A stretch of DNA of 64,000 nucleotides from Rebecca billardiae RCC1528 (Eukaryota > Protista > Haptophyta). The DNA is taken from the NCBI GenBank assembly GCA_965240325.2, contig OZ251222.1, forward strand, positions 3,410,001 through 3,474,000. Direction: 5' to 3'. The translations under genes and the position numbers were made by a program. Shown here piece by piece: positions 31,487-42,426 of the stretch (positions are counted from its first letter, which is position 1; the number at the start of each line of letters is the position of its first letter). The notes below the pieces were generated by a model that had not been told where the DNA came from, did not search any database, and saw only the letters and a program-made list of their open reading frames with translations.

Positions 31487-34400
31487 ATGGAGACGCCGTT
31501 CAAGGGGTCCTACGCGGCATGCGAGGCGTGCGGTGCGAACGAGCTCTTCATCAACCGCGCCACTAGCACCGTCGAGTGCGTCGCGTGCTCGTACATCCTC
31601 GAGGAGCGGCGGGCAGAGGTGATCGAGCACACCATCCTGACGGAGTGCGACGGGCCTGCGCTCTGCGCGGTGACACCTGACTTTGAGGGGCGCTTCGGCG
31701 ACGACGGCATGACCAGCGCCTTTGACACCAACGACTTCATCACCGCCTTCTCCTTCATGGCCGTGCAGCAGGAGGTGCTCCTCTCCACGGCGGTTCGGTC
31801 CGGCTCGGCCAACCTCGAGCAGCTCGACCGCGCGTTTGGCGACTTGCTGCAGGCGGACGCGGCGGAGGAGGGCGCGACGGCGATGGACGACAACGATGAG
31901 GCTGACGAGAAGCGCGCGCCCGCGCCGCGCAAGCGCATGAAGAAGGGCGCCGAGCTCGCGCGGATCGCGAGCGTCGGGAGTCTCGGCAGCCTTGGCACGG
32001 CCGATGGAGACGGCGCCGGCGCCAACGGCGACGCCGCCGCGGACGGCAACCCGAAGGTCGAGAGCGTGGACGACGCCGACAACGCGAGTACGGCTGGTGG
32101 CGCGCTGCCCGGCGGCGGCAAGCGCGGCGCGGCGGGCGGCGGCAGGGGCCGCGGACGCGGGCGCGGCGGGCGAGGGCGCGGGCGCGGGCGCGGGCGCGCC
32201 GACGAGCGCGCGGCCACGGCGCGTGCGGGCGCAGCGCAGGCGGGCAAGGCAGCCGTGGGCAGGGTGGGCGCCGACGCCAACACTGACGATGCCGACATTG
32301 AAGCCGACGCCGACGATGCTGCCGACGCCAACGACGCGGGGGACGGCAGCGAGCGCGCGCGCGGCGCGGGCAGCATCGAGCGAGCGCTGCGGGCGCAGGG
32401 CGGCGCGAGCGCCAACGCTGACGGCGACGACGACGGCGGCGACGGCGAGGATGGCAGCGAGCGCGACGCCGACGCTGAAGACGGAGACGGCCGCGGCGGT
32501 GACGATGGTGCCGATGACGAGGCCGAGGCGGGAGCAGACGCGGACGCGGACGCCGACGCCGACGCGAATGACACGACAGGCGGGTCGGGACCGTCAGGAG
32601 CGCAGGGCGACGCCGCGGCCGACGCGGCCGCGCCCAGTGCGGACGTCGCGCTGGCGGCGGGCAAGAAGGGGGCAAAGGGCGGCAGGGCTCGTGGGCGGGG
32701 CGGCGGGCGCGGGCGTGGGCGCGGGCGTGGTGCGGGCGGCGGGCGCGGCGGGCGCGGCCGCGGCGCGGCAGCCAAGGCCACCGCCTCGGCCACCGGCGAC
32801 GGTGCCGACGCGGAGGCGGAGGGCGACGACGAGGAGATGCCTGAGCTCGACGCCAAGTCGGTGCTCTCCGCGTACTTCACGATGACCGAGCTTGCGCAGC
32901 GGCTGCAGATCAGCGCGGACGTGTTCGAGCACGCCGTGCGCCTCTTCCGCATGTGCGCCACCAGCACCTCCGTGCGCCACCGCTCGATCGACCCGCTCGC
33001 GACAGCGTCGGTCGTCGCCGCGTGCCGAGCGATGAAGCAGCCTCGCACGCTGCAGGACGCGTGCGCGGCGACAGGCACGTCCGAGCGCGACGCGGCGCGG
33101 TACCTGAAGCTGGTGAGCGCCGCGCTCGAGGCCGACTCGGGGATGGCGGCGGGCTCCGCCGCGATGGACAAGGACACCATCGCGCTGCACATGGCGCGCG
33201 TGATGCCCAAGTTCTGCAGCCTGCTCCAGCTGCCCGACACAGTCGAGCACGTCGCGACGCACATGGCGGAGGTGCGGCACGCGGCGGCGCGCGGCGGCGG
33301 CGGCGCGCGGCCGGGCGGCCCGCGCGGCTCACCGCGCGCCGCGTCGCCCTCCCCTCGCGCGCGCCCCGCCGCCGCGGACGCACAGGTGATCGTCGACCGC
33401 AACTTCTGCAACCGGCGCAACCCGATGTCGATCAGCGCGGCGTCCATCTACTTGGCGTGCCAGCTGGAGGACTCGCGCAAGACGCAGACGGAGATCTGCC
33501 GTGTGACGGGGCTGACGGAGGTGACGCTGCGCAAGGTGTACAAGGAGGTCCTGCAGCACCTGGACACGATCCTGCCGGAGGACTACACGCCCACGGTGCG
33601 CGCGCAGTGCGCGCGACACACGCGCGGCAGCTGCTGCTGCTGGTGCCTGCGCCGCCGCTGCCGCTGCTGCTGCAGCCGCTACTGCTGCCGCCGCTGCTGC
33701 TGGTTCTGTGGCTGTCGGTGGTGCTGGGTCTTGCCGGGCATGCGTGCGCGTGCGCTGTCTGAGCGTTGCAGCGTGTGTGCATGGCGTTCGCCGCGCCCTC
33801 GCTCCCGCGGCCCGCGCGCGCGCGCCCGCGCGCCCCTGCCGCGCGCGATGACGCGATCGGCCCCGCCCGGCCCCGCCCCCGCGCGGATTGGCGCGCCGCA
33901 CAGGTCCCGCCGGAGCGGGCGTTCCCGGCGTGCCCCGCCGTGCGCGGCATCCGCCCCACGACGAGCACGCCAAGTGGCGGCGGCGGCGGCAGCCGCGGTG
34001 GCGCCGCTCTGGAGCGGCAGCGCTCGATAAGCGGCCCGGACGGGAGCGCTAGCGCGAGGCCGCCGCGCAGCGGGGTGCGCACCGGGCCGCGCGCGACCGC
34101 GCGCTCCGGCTCGCCCGCCGAGCGACCGGCGCCGACGAGCGGAGCGGTGGCGGGCTCGAGCGGGGCGCAGAGCAAGCAGCCGTCGCACGCGCGGGGCAGC
34201 GCGCCGAGGCAGCAGCCGCCCACCGGCTCCGGCGCAGCGGAGCATGGGAGCGCGTGCGTGAACGCGTGTGGCATGCCGCCTCAGCCCGGCGCGGGGTACG
34301 TGCAGGCTGCGCCGCAAGTGATGCACCCGCGCCACACGTACGGCCCGTCGGCGGGCGTGCGGCCGCACGGCTCGCCTCTCGTCGCGTTCCGCACCCACCC

Positions 34401-35675
34401 GTCGCACCCGCCGCCCGCCGGCTTCGTGCCCGTGCGCCCGAGCGGGATGCACGCGCGCGGCCCGCCGCAGCAGGCCGCTGGCGTGCACGGCGGGCCGCCG
34501 CGGCCGCGGGAGCATAGCGGCGCCGAGCGAGCAATGCCGCATCCTGCCGGCCAGTCGCAGCCGCCGTCCACGCCGCCGGGGCGCGATGGCGGCAGGCCCG
34601 GGCCGCCGCCGCCGCAGTCCAGCCCTGGGCCGCCGATGGCCCCGTACGGCGGCGCCCACCCCGCCGGCTCGCCGCACGCGCAGCAGCGGTACCACCCCCC
34701 CCCGCACGGAGGCGGGGGCATGCCGGCGCAGCAGTACGCGCTCGCCCACAGCCCGGCTCGGCCGCAGCACGCGCCGATGGCGGCCGGCTCGCCCGTGCGG
34801 ATGGCGCACCAGGGGCTGCCGGGGCCGCAGGGAGCACCGCAGCCGCCGCCGGGCGGGCAGCACCCGCAGTCGGTGAGGCCGCAGGGAGTGGTGGGCTCGC
34901 CTGTGCAGCAGTGCGCCTGCCATCCCCCGAGCCAGGGGCAGCAGCTGCCGCCGCAGCAGCAGCCGCAGCAGCAGCAGCAGCCGCAGCACTCGCAACAGCC
35001 GCAGCAGCCGCAGCAGCAGCCGCAGCCACAGCGGCCGCAGCAGCAGCAGCAGCAGCAGCAGCAGCCCACGCACCCGGGCCAGCAGCACCCTGGACAGCAC
35101 CTGCCGCCGCAGCAACACGGTCAGCTCGTGCACGGCCAGATGCAGCCCGGGCTCGCGCCGTACCATTCGCAGCAGCACGGCCAGCCGCCCCCGCCCCAGT
35201 ACGCGGTGCAGTACCAGCAGCAGCCGCCGCAGCCGCAGCCGTACAACCAGCCGCACGCGCAGTACTACGGCCGCGCGATGCAGCCGTCGCAAGGGCAGGG
35301 GATGGCGGGTGCGCAGCATGGCGGCCGCGTGTACGTCTTCCAGAATGCCGCCGCCGGGCTGCAGCAGCAGCCGGCCGCTCCGGCGCAGTACCACCAGTAC
35401 GGGCAGCACCCGCCGCACCCGCAGCACGGGGCGCAGCACGGCCACGGCCACCAGCCTCAGTACGTGATGCAGCAGCAGGGAGTGCACGCCCCCCACCCGC
35501 AGCCGCACGGCCAGCCGCACCACCACCAGCAGCTCTCACAGGGGCAGGGCCAGCCGCAGCCGCAGCCGCAGCCGCAGCCGCAGCCGCAGCCGCAGCCGCA
35601 GCCGCAGCCGCAGCCGCAGCCGCAGCCGCAGCCGCAGCCGCAGCCGCAGCCGCAGCCGCAGCCGCAGCCGCAGCC

Positions 35676-35724
<49 letters not shown>

Positions 35725-35742
35725 CCGGGGCCGCAGCAGTAG
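31487..35742 (+). CDS. BRP1: TFIIB-related protein of the pBRP1 (plant/red algal BRP1) type, with acidic/RGG insertion and Q/P-rich tail; exons 31487-33271, 33386-33595, 33904-35742
   Basis: Zn ribbon CEACG...ECVAC followed by EER, LCAVTPD and FITAFS. Cyclin repeats with EHAVRLFRMC, PRTLQ and FCNRRNPMSISAASIYLACQLEDSRKTQTEICRVTGLTEVTLRKVYKE. Spliced YTPT|VPPERAFP. These match pBRP1 signatures as I recall them. Confidence 0.85.
35551..35721 (+). repeat. Coding repeat (CAGCCG)21 + (CAG)15 encoding poly-QP then poly-Q
   Basis: Perfect hexamer array 35551-35676 and trimer array 35677-35721, just before the stop at 35742. Confidence 0.95.
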
Positions 35743-36206
35743 TCGAGACGCTTCGTGCCGAATCGTGTGCGCCGCGCGTCACATGATGGGGTCGTCGTCT
35801 GAATTCATTATAATAAATTGCGCGCGCTGATGATTTATTGACGTGGCACACGTGGCAGCAGAGTGCCGCCGCTAGCTTCAGACGAGTGCTACGCTACTAC
35901 GGTCCGTAGTACTCCGTACTGGCGGCAGCTGATTCTGCGCGGGCGGCGGGCGCTGCCGTGTAGTACGAAGCCTCACGACTGCGGCGCTGCCGCACTGCAG
36001 CCATGAGTCCGGGCCGAGGAGGCTCCTCTGTCCTCACAGCCATTATCGCAGCCGCAGGTTCGCTTGAAGTACTGACACTGCGTTCCGATGCCCAGGGCGA
36101 GAACGACTTGTCGTCGACTGTCTTGGTCAGGACTTGGTGGCAGGAATGGGAAGCAGATGGTGACAGCCAGCAGCCTGCATGCTGCGCGCATCCAAGGAGC
36201 CGGTGC

Positions 36207-37325
36207 TCATTCCCACATGATGTTCACCAGAGCCGGCAGCTTGCGCTTGAGACGCTGCTGGATCTCCACTTTGACCGACGTGAGTGCCGAGCCCGAGCCA
36301 CTCATCTTGAGCGTGCACGTGGGCGCGATGCCCGATGGGACGAGTGAGATGAGCTCGATACTGCCACCTGCCATCGCGAGGAACGGGCGCACCTCCTCGA
36401 GCACCGCCTCGACTGCGCCATCGGTGAGCTCCTCGGTGCCCTGCGCGGGCGCGTTCGCGTTCGCGCAGCGCAGGGGAGTGCGCGCCCCGCTGAGCACACG
36501 AGGCGAGGCAGAGCGTGGCAGCGCACGCGTGCGCGCGCGCCGCCACTGCATGCTCGCTCCGCACCCACCTCAGTGGGCACCTGCACAACCGACGCAATCT
36601 CCGGGATCTTCTCCTTGAGCCCACGCTCCAGACCCATCTTCATGGTCATCGTCGAGGACGGGCACGTGCCGCACGCGCCCTGCAGCTCGAGGAAGACGTT
36701 CGGCCCCTCGATCTCGCGCACGGCCACGTTGCCGCCATCGGCCAGCAGGTACGGCCTCATCTCATCGAGCACCTGCAAGCGCGCACGCGCGCACCGCAGC
36801 TGGTCAGGGGCACGGCCCACGGGGAAGAGGACGCAGGTGCTGCGCTAAATTGAGAGCAGAATCACGGCGCGGGGTGAGAGGTGCGGCGCACCATCTCGAC
36901 GTTGTCCAGCGTGAGCGGCAGTGGGCCCGTGAGCTTCTTGGCCGGCTGTGGGGACGTGTGCGCGAGGGGGTCATCGCTGCGTCAGGAGCGATGCACGGAT
37001 GGCGGCGAGGGATGGTCTCGCCGCGCACCTTTCCCCCAGCTGCGAAAGGCGACGAGACTGGCGGCGAGGCCGGGGCTTCGTGCATGACGCAATTCCTGAA
37101 CGCGCACAGAATAGCAGGCGGGCGCGCATGAGTCAGCCTTTGATCGGCCCTGCACAGCGCAGAGCGCGGCGCGATGTGGCACCTTAGACTGCCCAAAGTT
37201 GCAATGCGCGTCCTCCACGCGCATGACTGTGCACCCACGCCGCCCTTGGCCGTCACAATCACGTGCGCATGCGCGCCCACGCAGAGCGCCAGCGCGATCG
37301 CGGATGCCATTGTCGTCGCCCTCAT
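36207..37325 (-). CDS. NFU: Plastid-type NifU-like Fe-S carrier (two NFU domains); exons 37325-37183, 37095-37029, 36945-36892, 36772-36569, 36440-36207
   Basis: The spliced sequence reads [10 protein letters not shown]|[16 protein letters not shown]...[31 protein letters not shown] second degenerate domain [17 protein letters not shown] follows. Signal-like N-terminus [15 protein letters not shown]. Confidence 0.88.
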
Positions 37326-37980
37326 CGCTCTCAGCGTGTTACGCGGGCGGGAAGCAAAGCTTTGGTGAGCAGGCGGAATGATGGGCGGGCCAAGCAAGGG
37401 CCCTTGGGCGGGCGAATCGCGAGAGGTTCTTTTAGAAACTTTCACAGGTTGCGACCACGCGGCCAGGCGATCTGGGTAGACGTCGGAGATGGCCACTTCT
37501 CAACACCACCCGGGCAGCCCGAGGCCTAGAGCCCCAGACTGACCCTGGAGAGCGGCCAGAGCCACCGAGTCCGCGAGTCATGCCCTGACTCCCGCCTGAT
37601 GGCCCAAAGGCGACATTCAACATCACCATCATCATCATTCCCGCAAGCTGGCCACTCGCTCGTCGAACCGAAGTACACGCCGGGCCTCACCGGCCCGGGG
37701 CCGTCGCCAGCCTGCCTCCGGGCTCCGAGTCGGCTCCGACAGACACTTGCCAGCCTCCCGTCGTCACTCGTCCGCACTGCTGACTGAGCAGTTTGGCGCC
37801 CACTCTGCAGCGCCCAGCAAGTCGCATCGCCCATCTTTCGCCTCCTCGCCTGGTCCAGATCACGTAGTCAATGAGCTCAGCGCAACGTGACCGTGCCAGC
37901 CGCTCTGTGCAGCCGCGCACTCTCATGCGCTGCCCGGTCTCTGGCGGCGCGCTGGGAAGCAGCCGCCCATCGCTCCCAAG

Positions 37981-39708
37981 TCAGCTGACGCGCTGCGCGC
38001 CCTGGCCTTCTGCGGCCGCGCCAGCGTGTGGCCTCAACGACTGGTGGTTGCGCCCGCTGCTGCACGCCGGCGTCTTGTGGTTCTGTAGCCGCTTGAACAG
38101 GTGTGTGTGCGGACCCACATCTGCCGATGGCGCGGGCGCGGGCGCGGCATTCGAGGTGGCCGCCGCCGGGGCCTCATGCGCCACCGCCTCCGAGAGTGTG
38201 TCCTCGCTGCATTCGTGCGACGATTTGCACGCGGGACAGAGCACCGCGTCGCAGTCGGCGCACATGAGCACGTCCTGGCACTCCTCGCAGAAGTCCTGCA
38301 TACAACTCATGCACGTTGCCACCTGCGCGGCGACGGCGGCGAGCCGGCGGGTGCGGGGGCGGGGTCGCTCGGTCACGAGCGCACGGCCGCACGGCGCGCT
38401 GTGGCTGGAGGAGGCGGGAGGGGCGGGGGGGGGAGGGGCGTGCGGGCACGCACCAAGCGGCATTCCGCGCAGAAGGACTCGCAGCACTTCTCGCACGCGC
38501 TCGGCGCGTCCGAGCACTTGTCGCACGTGACTGCCGAGCAGATGGAGCACTTGCCTCCGCTCTCGATCTCGACCACGCCCGAGCACACCGAGCACAGCGC
38601 CACGTCCAGCTCGTACCACCGGCTGCGCGGTGGGGGAGGGGTGCGGCGCGCGGGCGGGGGGCGGGGCGCACGAGCGGTTGTCAGGCCCGGCGCACGACGA
38701 CGGCGAGCGCACACAGCCGCGCGCGAGGAGCGCACACGCGCCGACATCGCGCTGCGCGCACTTGTCGTCGCCGTCGTCGCCCTCGTCGGGCGAAAGCGTG
38801 CGGCCTCCGGGCCCGGGCGGATCCTCGCGCTGACTGCTGTGCGCTGCGCGCGCGAGGGCGCGGCGGTGCTTGCCCTCGGCCGCGGCGGTGCGCGCCGCCG
38901 ATCGCAGCGCCTTCTCGATCTCATCCACCACGCTGGGCGAGAGGAACTTGCAGCGCGCCATCTCGATCGACAGCGTCGCGGGCGTCCGCCGCAGCCCGTT
39001 GCGGTAGGAGAGCGTGCGGATCAGGTGCATCACCGCGCGCTCGGAGAGGCCGGGGATGGCCCGGAAGTGCACCTCGGTGAGGAGCGGGCAGTGCGTCGCA
39101 AGGTGGTACATCGACGCGTCTGTCAAGTTTGCGCAGTGGTTCAGGCAGATGGACTTCAGCTGTGCGCGCGCGAGCGCGCACGTGCATGCGGCAGGGGCCG
39201 GGGGCCAGGGCGCGCGGCAGGGGTGCAGTCAGCGCACGCGCGCGCCGTGCGCCACGGCGTCACCAGGGCACGAGAGCGGACGCCCACGCGCGTGGCGCGC
39301 CCATCGCGCCTCACGCGGCGCGGCGCGCAGTGCGCTCACCCGCCGGCCCGCCTTCTGCGCGAGGCGCAGCACGAGGTCGTCGTTGACCGCGCGGCTGAAG
39401 CGCGACAGGTCCGCCTCCTCCCAGAGCGCGCGCAGCTGCGCGCAGCGGTGCCACTGGCGGCAGACCATGCTGCAGCGGATGAGCTCCACGATGCTGACGT
39501 ACGTCACTAGCTCCGATTGCCGGCAATCCGACCCGCACCGGTACCCCTTTGCATCGTCCTGCTCGCTCTCCGTGCCCGTGAATCGCAAGTGATTCGGCTT
39601 GAGGTACGAGAAGATGGCGACGATGAGGCCGTCATCGAGCGTCGAGATGGGCGAGTTGGGCAGCGGCACGAGACCCAGACGCGGCCGCGAGGGCAGCGCG
39701 CCATACAT
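37981..39708 (-). CDS. F-box/LRR protein with C-terminal CxxC-rich region; exons 39708-39340, 39159-38762, 38622-38454, 38322-37981
   Basis: F-box ISTLDDGLIVAIFSYL...LIRCSMVCRQWH...LW. LRR LKSICLNHCANLTDASMYHLATHCPLLTEVHF. The C-terminus has LDVALCSVC followed by about nine CxxC pairs. Three GT-AG introns keep the frame. Confidence 0.8.
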
Positions 39709-40244
39709 GGCCGCGCAAGCTGGCGCAGGCGACGGCTGCACCGCACACTCGGCTTGTGATATGCCGTGCAGGGGCGCCCCGGCTTCTGCCACCGCTGCCC
39801 AGCTTGGGAGCCGGCCCACTGCACCGCATGTTGGCGATGGTGGAATTAGTCTTCGTGGGCGTCGCGTAAAGCCGAGACTAGGTGCACGCACCCGTGCATC
39901 TCGGGCCCTCGTGGGTACTGATGTTGGCAAGATACTAGTGAGATCATTCGCGCCGAAGGCGAGAGCGCTGTTTCCGAACCCGACCAATATGTGTGTGGAG
40001 CACCCGACCCTGGCCGTGATGAGCGACCGCAATAAGATCAGGTTTCGGGGAATCAAGCGATTAATCTGGCAAAAGATGTTGCTTCGTCAATATTTTCACT
40101 CATTTGCTGCGTGTTGTACAGTCAATGAAGGAGGTGTTTACATAGTCCGCACTACCATCGGTGGGTAGCGGAAAGCTGTTACAGGTCTTGTCCTTTTGTA
40201 CCCGGTGATGAGGCAAGAACTTATTGCGACGAAAAAGCCGCAAG

Positions 40245-41201
40245 ATGGCGGCCGAGGAGATGTATGCGGCCAGCATGCCAAGGCTCGCAGCCCGGATGGG
40301 CTCGGACGCACAGCCGCCGGTCGGGCCGCTGAGGTTCAACCCTCTGCCTCGAGCGCCGTCGTATTCCCCCGTCGCGCCGCCGCCCCCACCGCGCACGCCG
40401 CCCAACGGCCTCGTGTTCACCAACGCGCCGTACATTGGCGCCGCCGACGCCTACTTCTCGTACGCGCTGCCCACGAGCAAGGTGAACCCGCACGTGCTCG
40501 CGCGGACGCTGCGGGTCGCGCAGCCGATGTCTCATCCGTCGCGCTCGCCCCCCGGACGAGCCTCAAACTCACCCACGTACAGCGTGCGCATGACGGGCGA
40601 AGCCGGCGTGCGGCTGCAGATCGCTCGGGACGAGGGCGCCGGGCACTCGCGGGTGTTCGCGCCCGGGCACAGCGCAGGGGCTCTGCGCTTCACCTGGGAC
40701 GACCCCCACGGAGAACGCCCGCCCGCTGAGAGTGGCACGCACGGCCGCGTCGTGCGACAAGGTGGCACTCGCTCGCGCGGGCAGCGGTCGGCGCTGCAGC
40801 CGCGCAAGTCGACCAGAAATGCGCTGCGCTTCGTCCCGCACCCCCGCCCGCGCCCAGACGCCGAGCCCTCAGACGAGCAGGCGCGCGAGGCGTGGGCCAA
40901 GGCGGGCTCTCTCCCGCCTCGCCCCAGCAATGGCGCGCTGAGGCTCTCCGTCGCCATCACTCACGCGCGCGCCACGCGCGAGCCGAGCCCGTCCGAGCTG
41001 GGCGTGCTGGAGGACGACGAGATGGCGGAGGGGGAGGAGGGCGAGGACGGCGAGGACGGCGCTGATGACGACCACAGCTTGGGCGTGGTTGGGGCCACTC
41101 TGAGCCCTCTGAGCTCGCGTGGCGGACGGACACGGCACGGAGCCGTGGCCCAGCCCCAGGTCATGCCAGGCTTCTTCTCCGGTCGCTTGCCACAGGCATA
41201 G
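40245..41201 (+). CDS. Hypothetical protein
   Basis: ORF with ATG in a typical context (aagATGGCG) and G/C-ending codons. It lies divergent from the F-box gene. No recognisable domain. Confidence 0.55.
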   Translation: MAAEEMYAASMPRLAARMGSDAQPPVGPLRFNPLPRAPSYSPVAPPPPPRTPPNGLVFTNAPYIGAADAYFSYALPTSKVNPHVLARTLRVAQPMSHPSRSPPGRASNSPTYSVRMTGEAGVRLQIARDEGAGHSRVFAPGHSAGALRFTWDDPHGERPPAESGTHGRVVRQGGTRSRGQRSALQPRKSTRNALRFVPHPRPRPDAEPSDEQAREAWAKAGSLPPRPSNGALRLSVAITHARATREPSPSELGVLEDDEMAEGEEGEDGEDGADDDHSLGVVGATLSPLSSRGGRTRHGAVAQPQVMPGFFSGRLPQA

Positions 41202-41341
41202 GTGACGATACTGATAGTGATACACCGGGCTTGACGCGAATCCGAGCCGCCGCCGCCTAAACCGAGCCGCGCTGTCAGCCGGACCCGGGCACTTACACGC
41301 GGTGACGCGGGGCCTCGGCTCGGGAGTCGGGCGCGGCGCTA

Positions 41342-41908
41342 CAGGCAATCGCGGGCTGAATCAGAAGAAGTCAGAGATCAGTCACGGCTAGCCTCGGTTA
41401 TTTCTTACGGCCGTTCGGTAGCCCGACCCCGAGCGCAGCCTACGGACTACGGAGTCTCCGTTTCTTAGCTAGGTCCGCCCGCCCGGCCCGCCGCGCACTG
41501 TGACTGGCGCGGGGGGCGCCAGCCGGGGCAGAGCCCCCCGCTGAGTCAATTTAGGCCCGGCCGGCGAGGCCGAAGAAAATGTTGGGCCTTTTTGGAGCAA
41601 ATCTGGCATGATGTTGCATGGATGCTGCGGCGCACTGGCCAGGAGTCAGTCATCAGGAGAAGTCGGGACTTGGCCTGTACTCGTAGTCGGGCCGCGCGCC
41701 GCGTGGCGCGTCCCCGACGGACCGCGACTGCGCCTCGCCCTCGGCGGACCACTCGTCAGCCGGGACGACGTAGTCCCGGTTTCTTAATAGTGTGACTATG
41801 CGCATAGCGAACCAGCCAGTCGCTAGTCTCAGTTTCTAGGCCAGATCCGCAGATAGCAAGCCCCAGTTTCTTAACGTGACAGCTCCTTATTGCCCGCGAT
41901 TCGGCCTG
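41342..41908. mobile_element. MITE, Tc1/mariner-type (copy B, expanded by micro-insertions)
   Basis: Collinear with 9938-10451. Termini TA|CAGGCAATCGCGGGC ... GCCCGCGATTcgGCCTG|TA. It is 53 bp longer than copy A. Confidence 0.9.
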
Positions 41909-42426
41909 TAGTCCGAGACCGGGCTGACGGGTTATTGGCACCAGTGACCGGACGAGACAACGTCACGCCGGAGTGCCGCGGGGCACCGCGTACCGGCTTA
42001 GCCGTACCGTTATACAGTGTCCGCCTTACGGCCACTAATAAGCGACGCCGCGGCCGCGGGATTCTCAGAGTACATCATCGGCCTAGAGTACCGGTACCGC
42101 GGCCTGTAAGGCGGCAGGCTTGAGGCTACGCCCGCGAGCCGACTGAGAGAACTGCAGCGCACGCGTCTCACATCTCTGGCCGGCGGCCTGGCTGCGGAGC
42201 CTCCGCGCATCACTCAATCAGGCGGTGGAGCACGTCCTTGGCGACTATCATGATTGTGATAACTGACGATATGATGCCGATATGATGACGATGACGATTG
42301 ATGATCGCGCGTTCATTTTGGTTTTTTTACGACGACGATCATCTCTTCGGCCATCCGGACGAACATTTGGTCCGGCAAGGGCGCCCGAGCTGCCGTTTGT
42401 CAGCCCTTCGGCTTGGCCAATTCAGC

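Noticed and set aside
33596-33903. Cys-rich C-terminus of the 876-aa ORF (CCCWCLRRRCRCCC...)
   Set aside because: Read-through into an intron containing CTG-type triplet repeats. Splicing gives the conserved YTPT|VPPERAFP junction instead.
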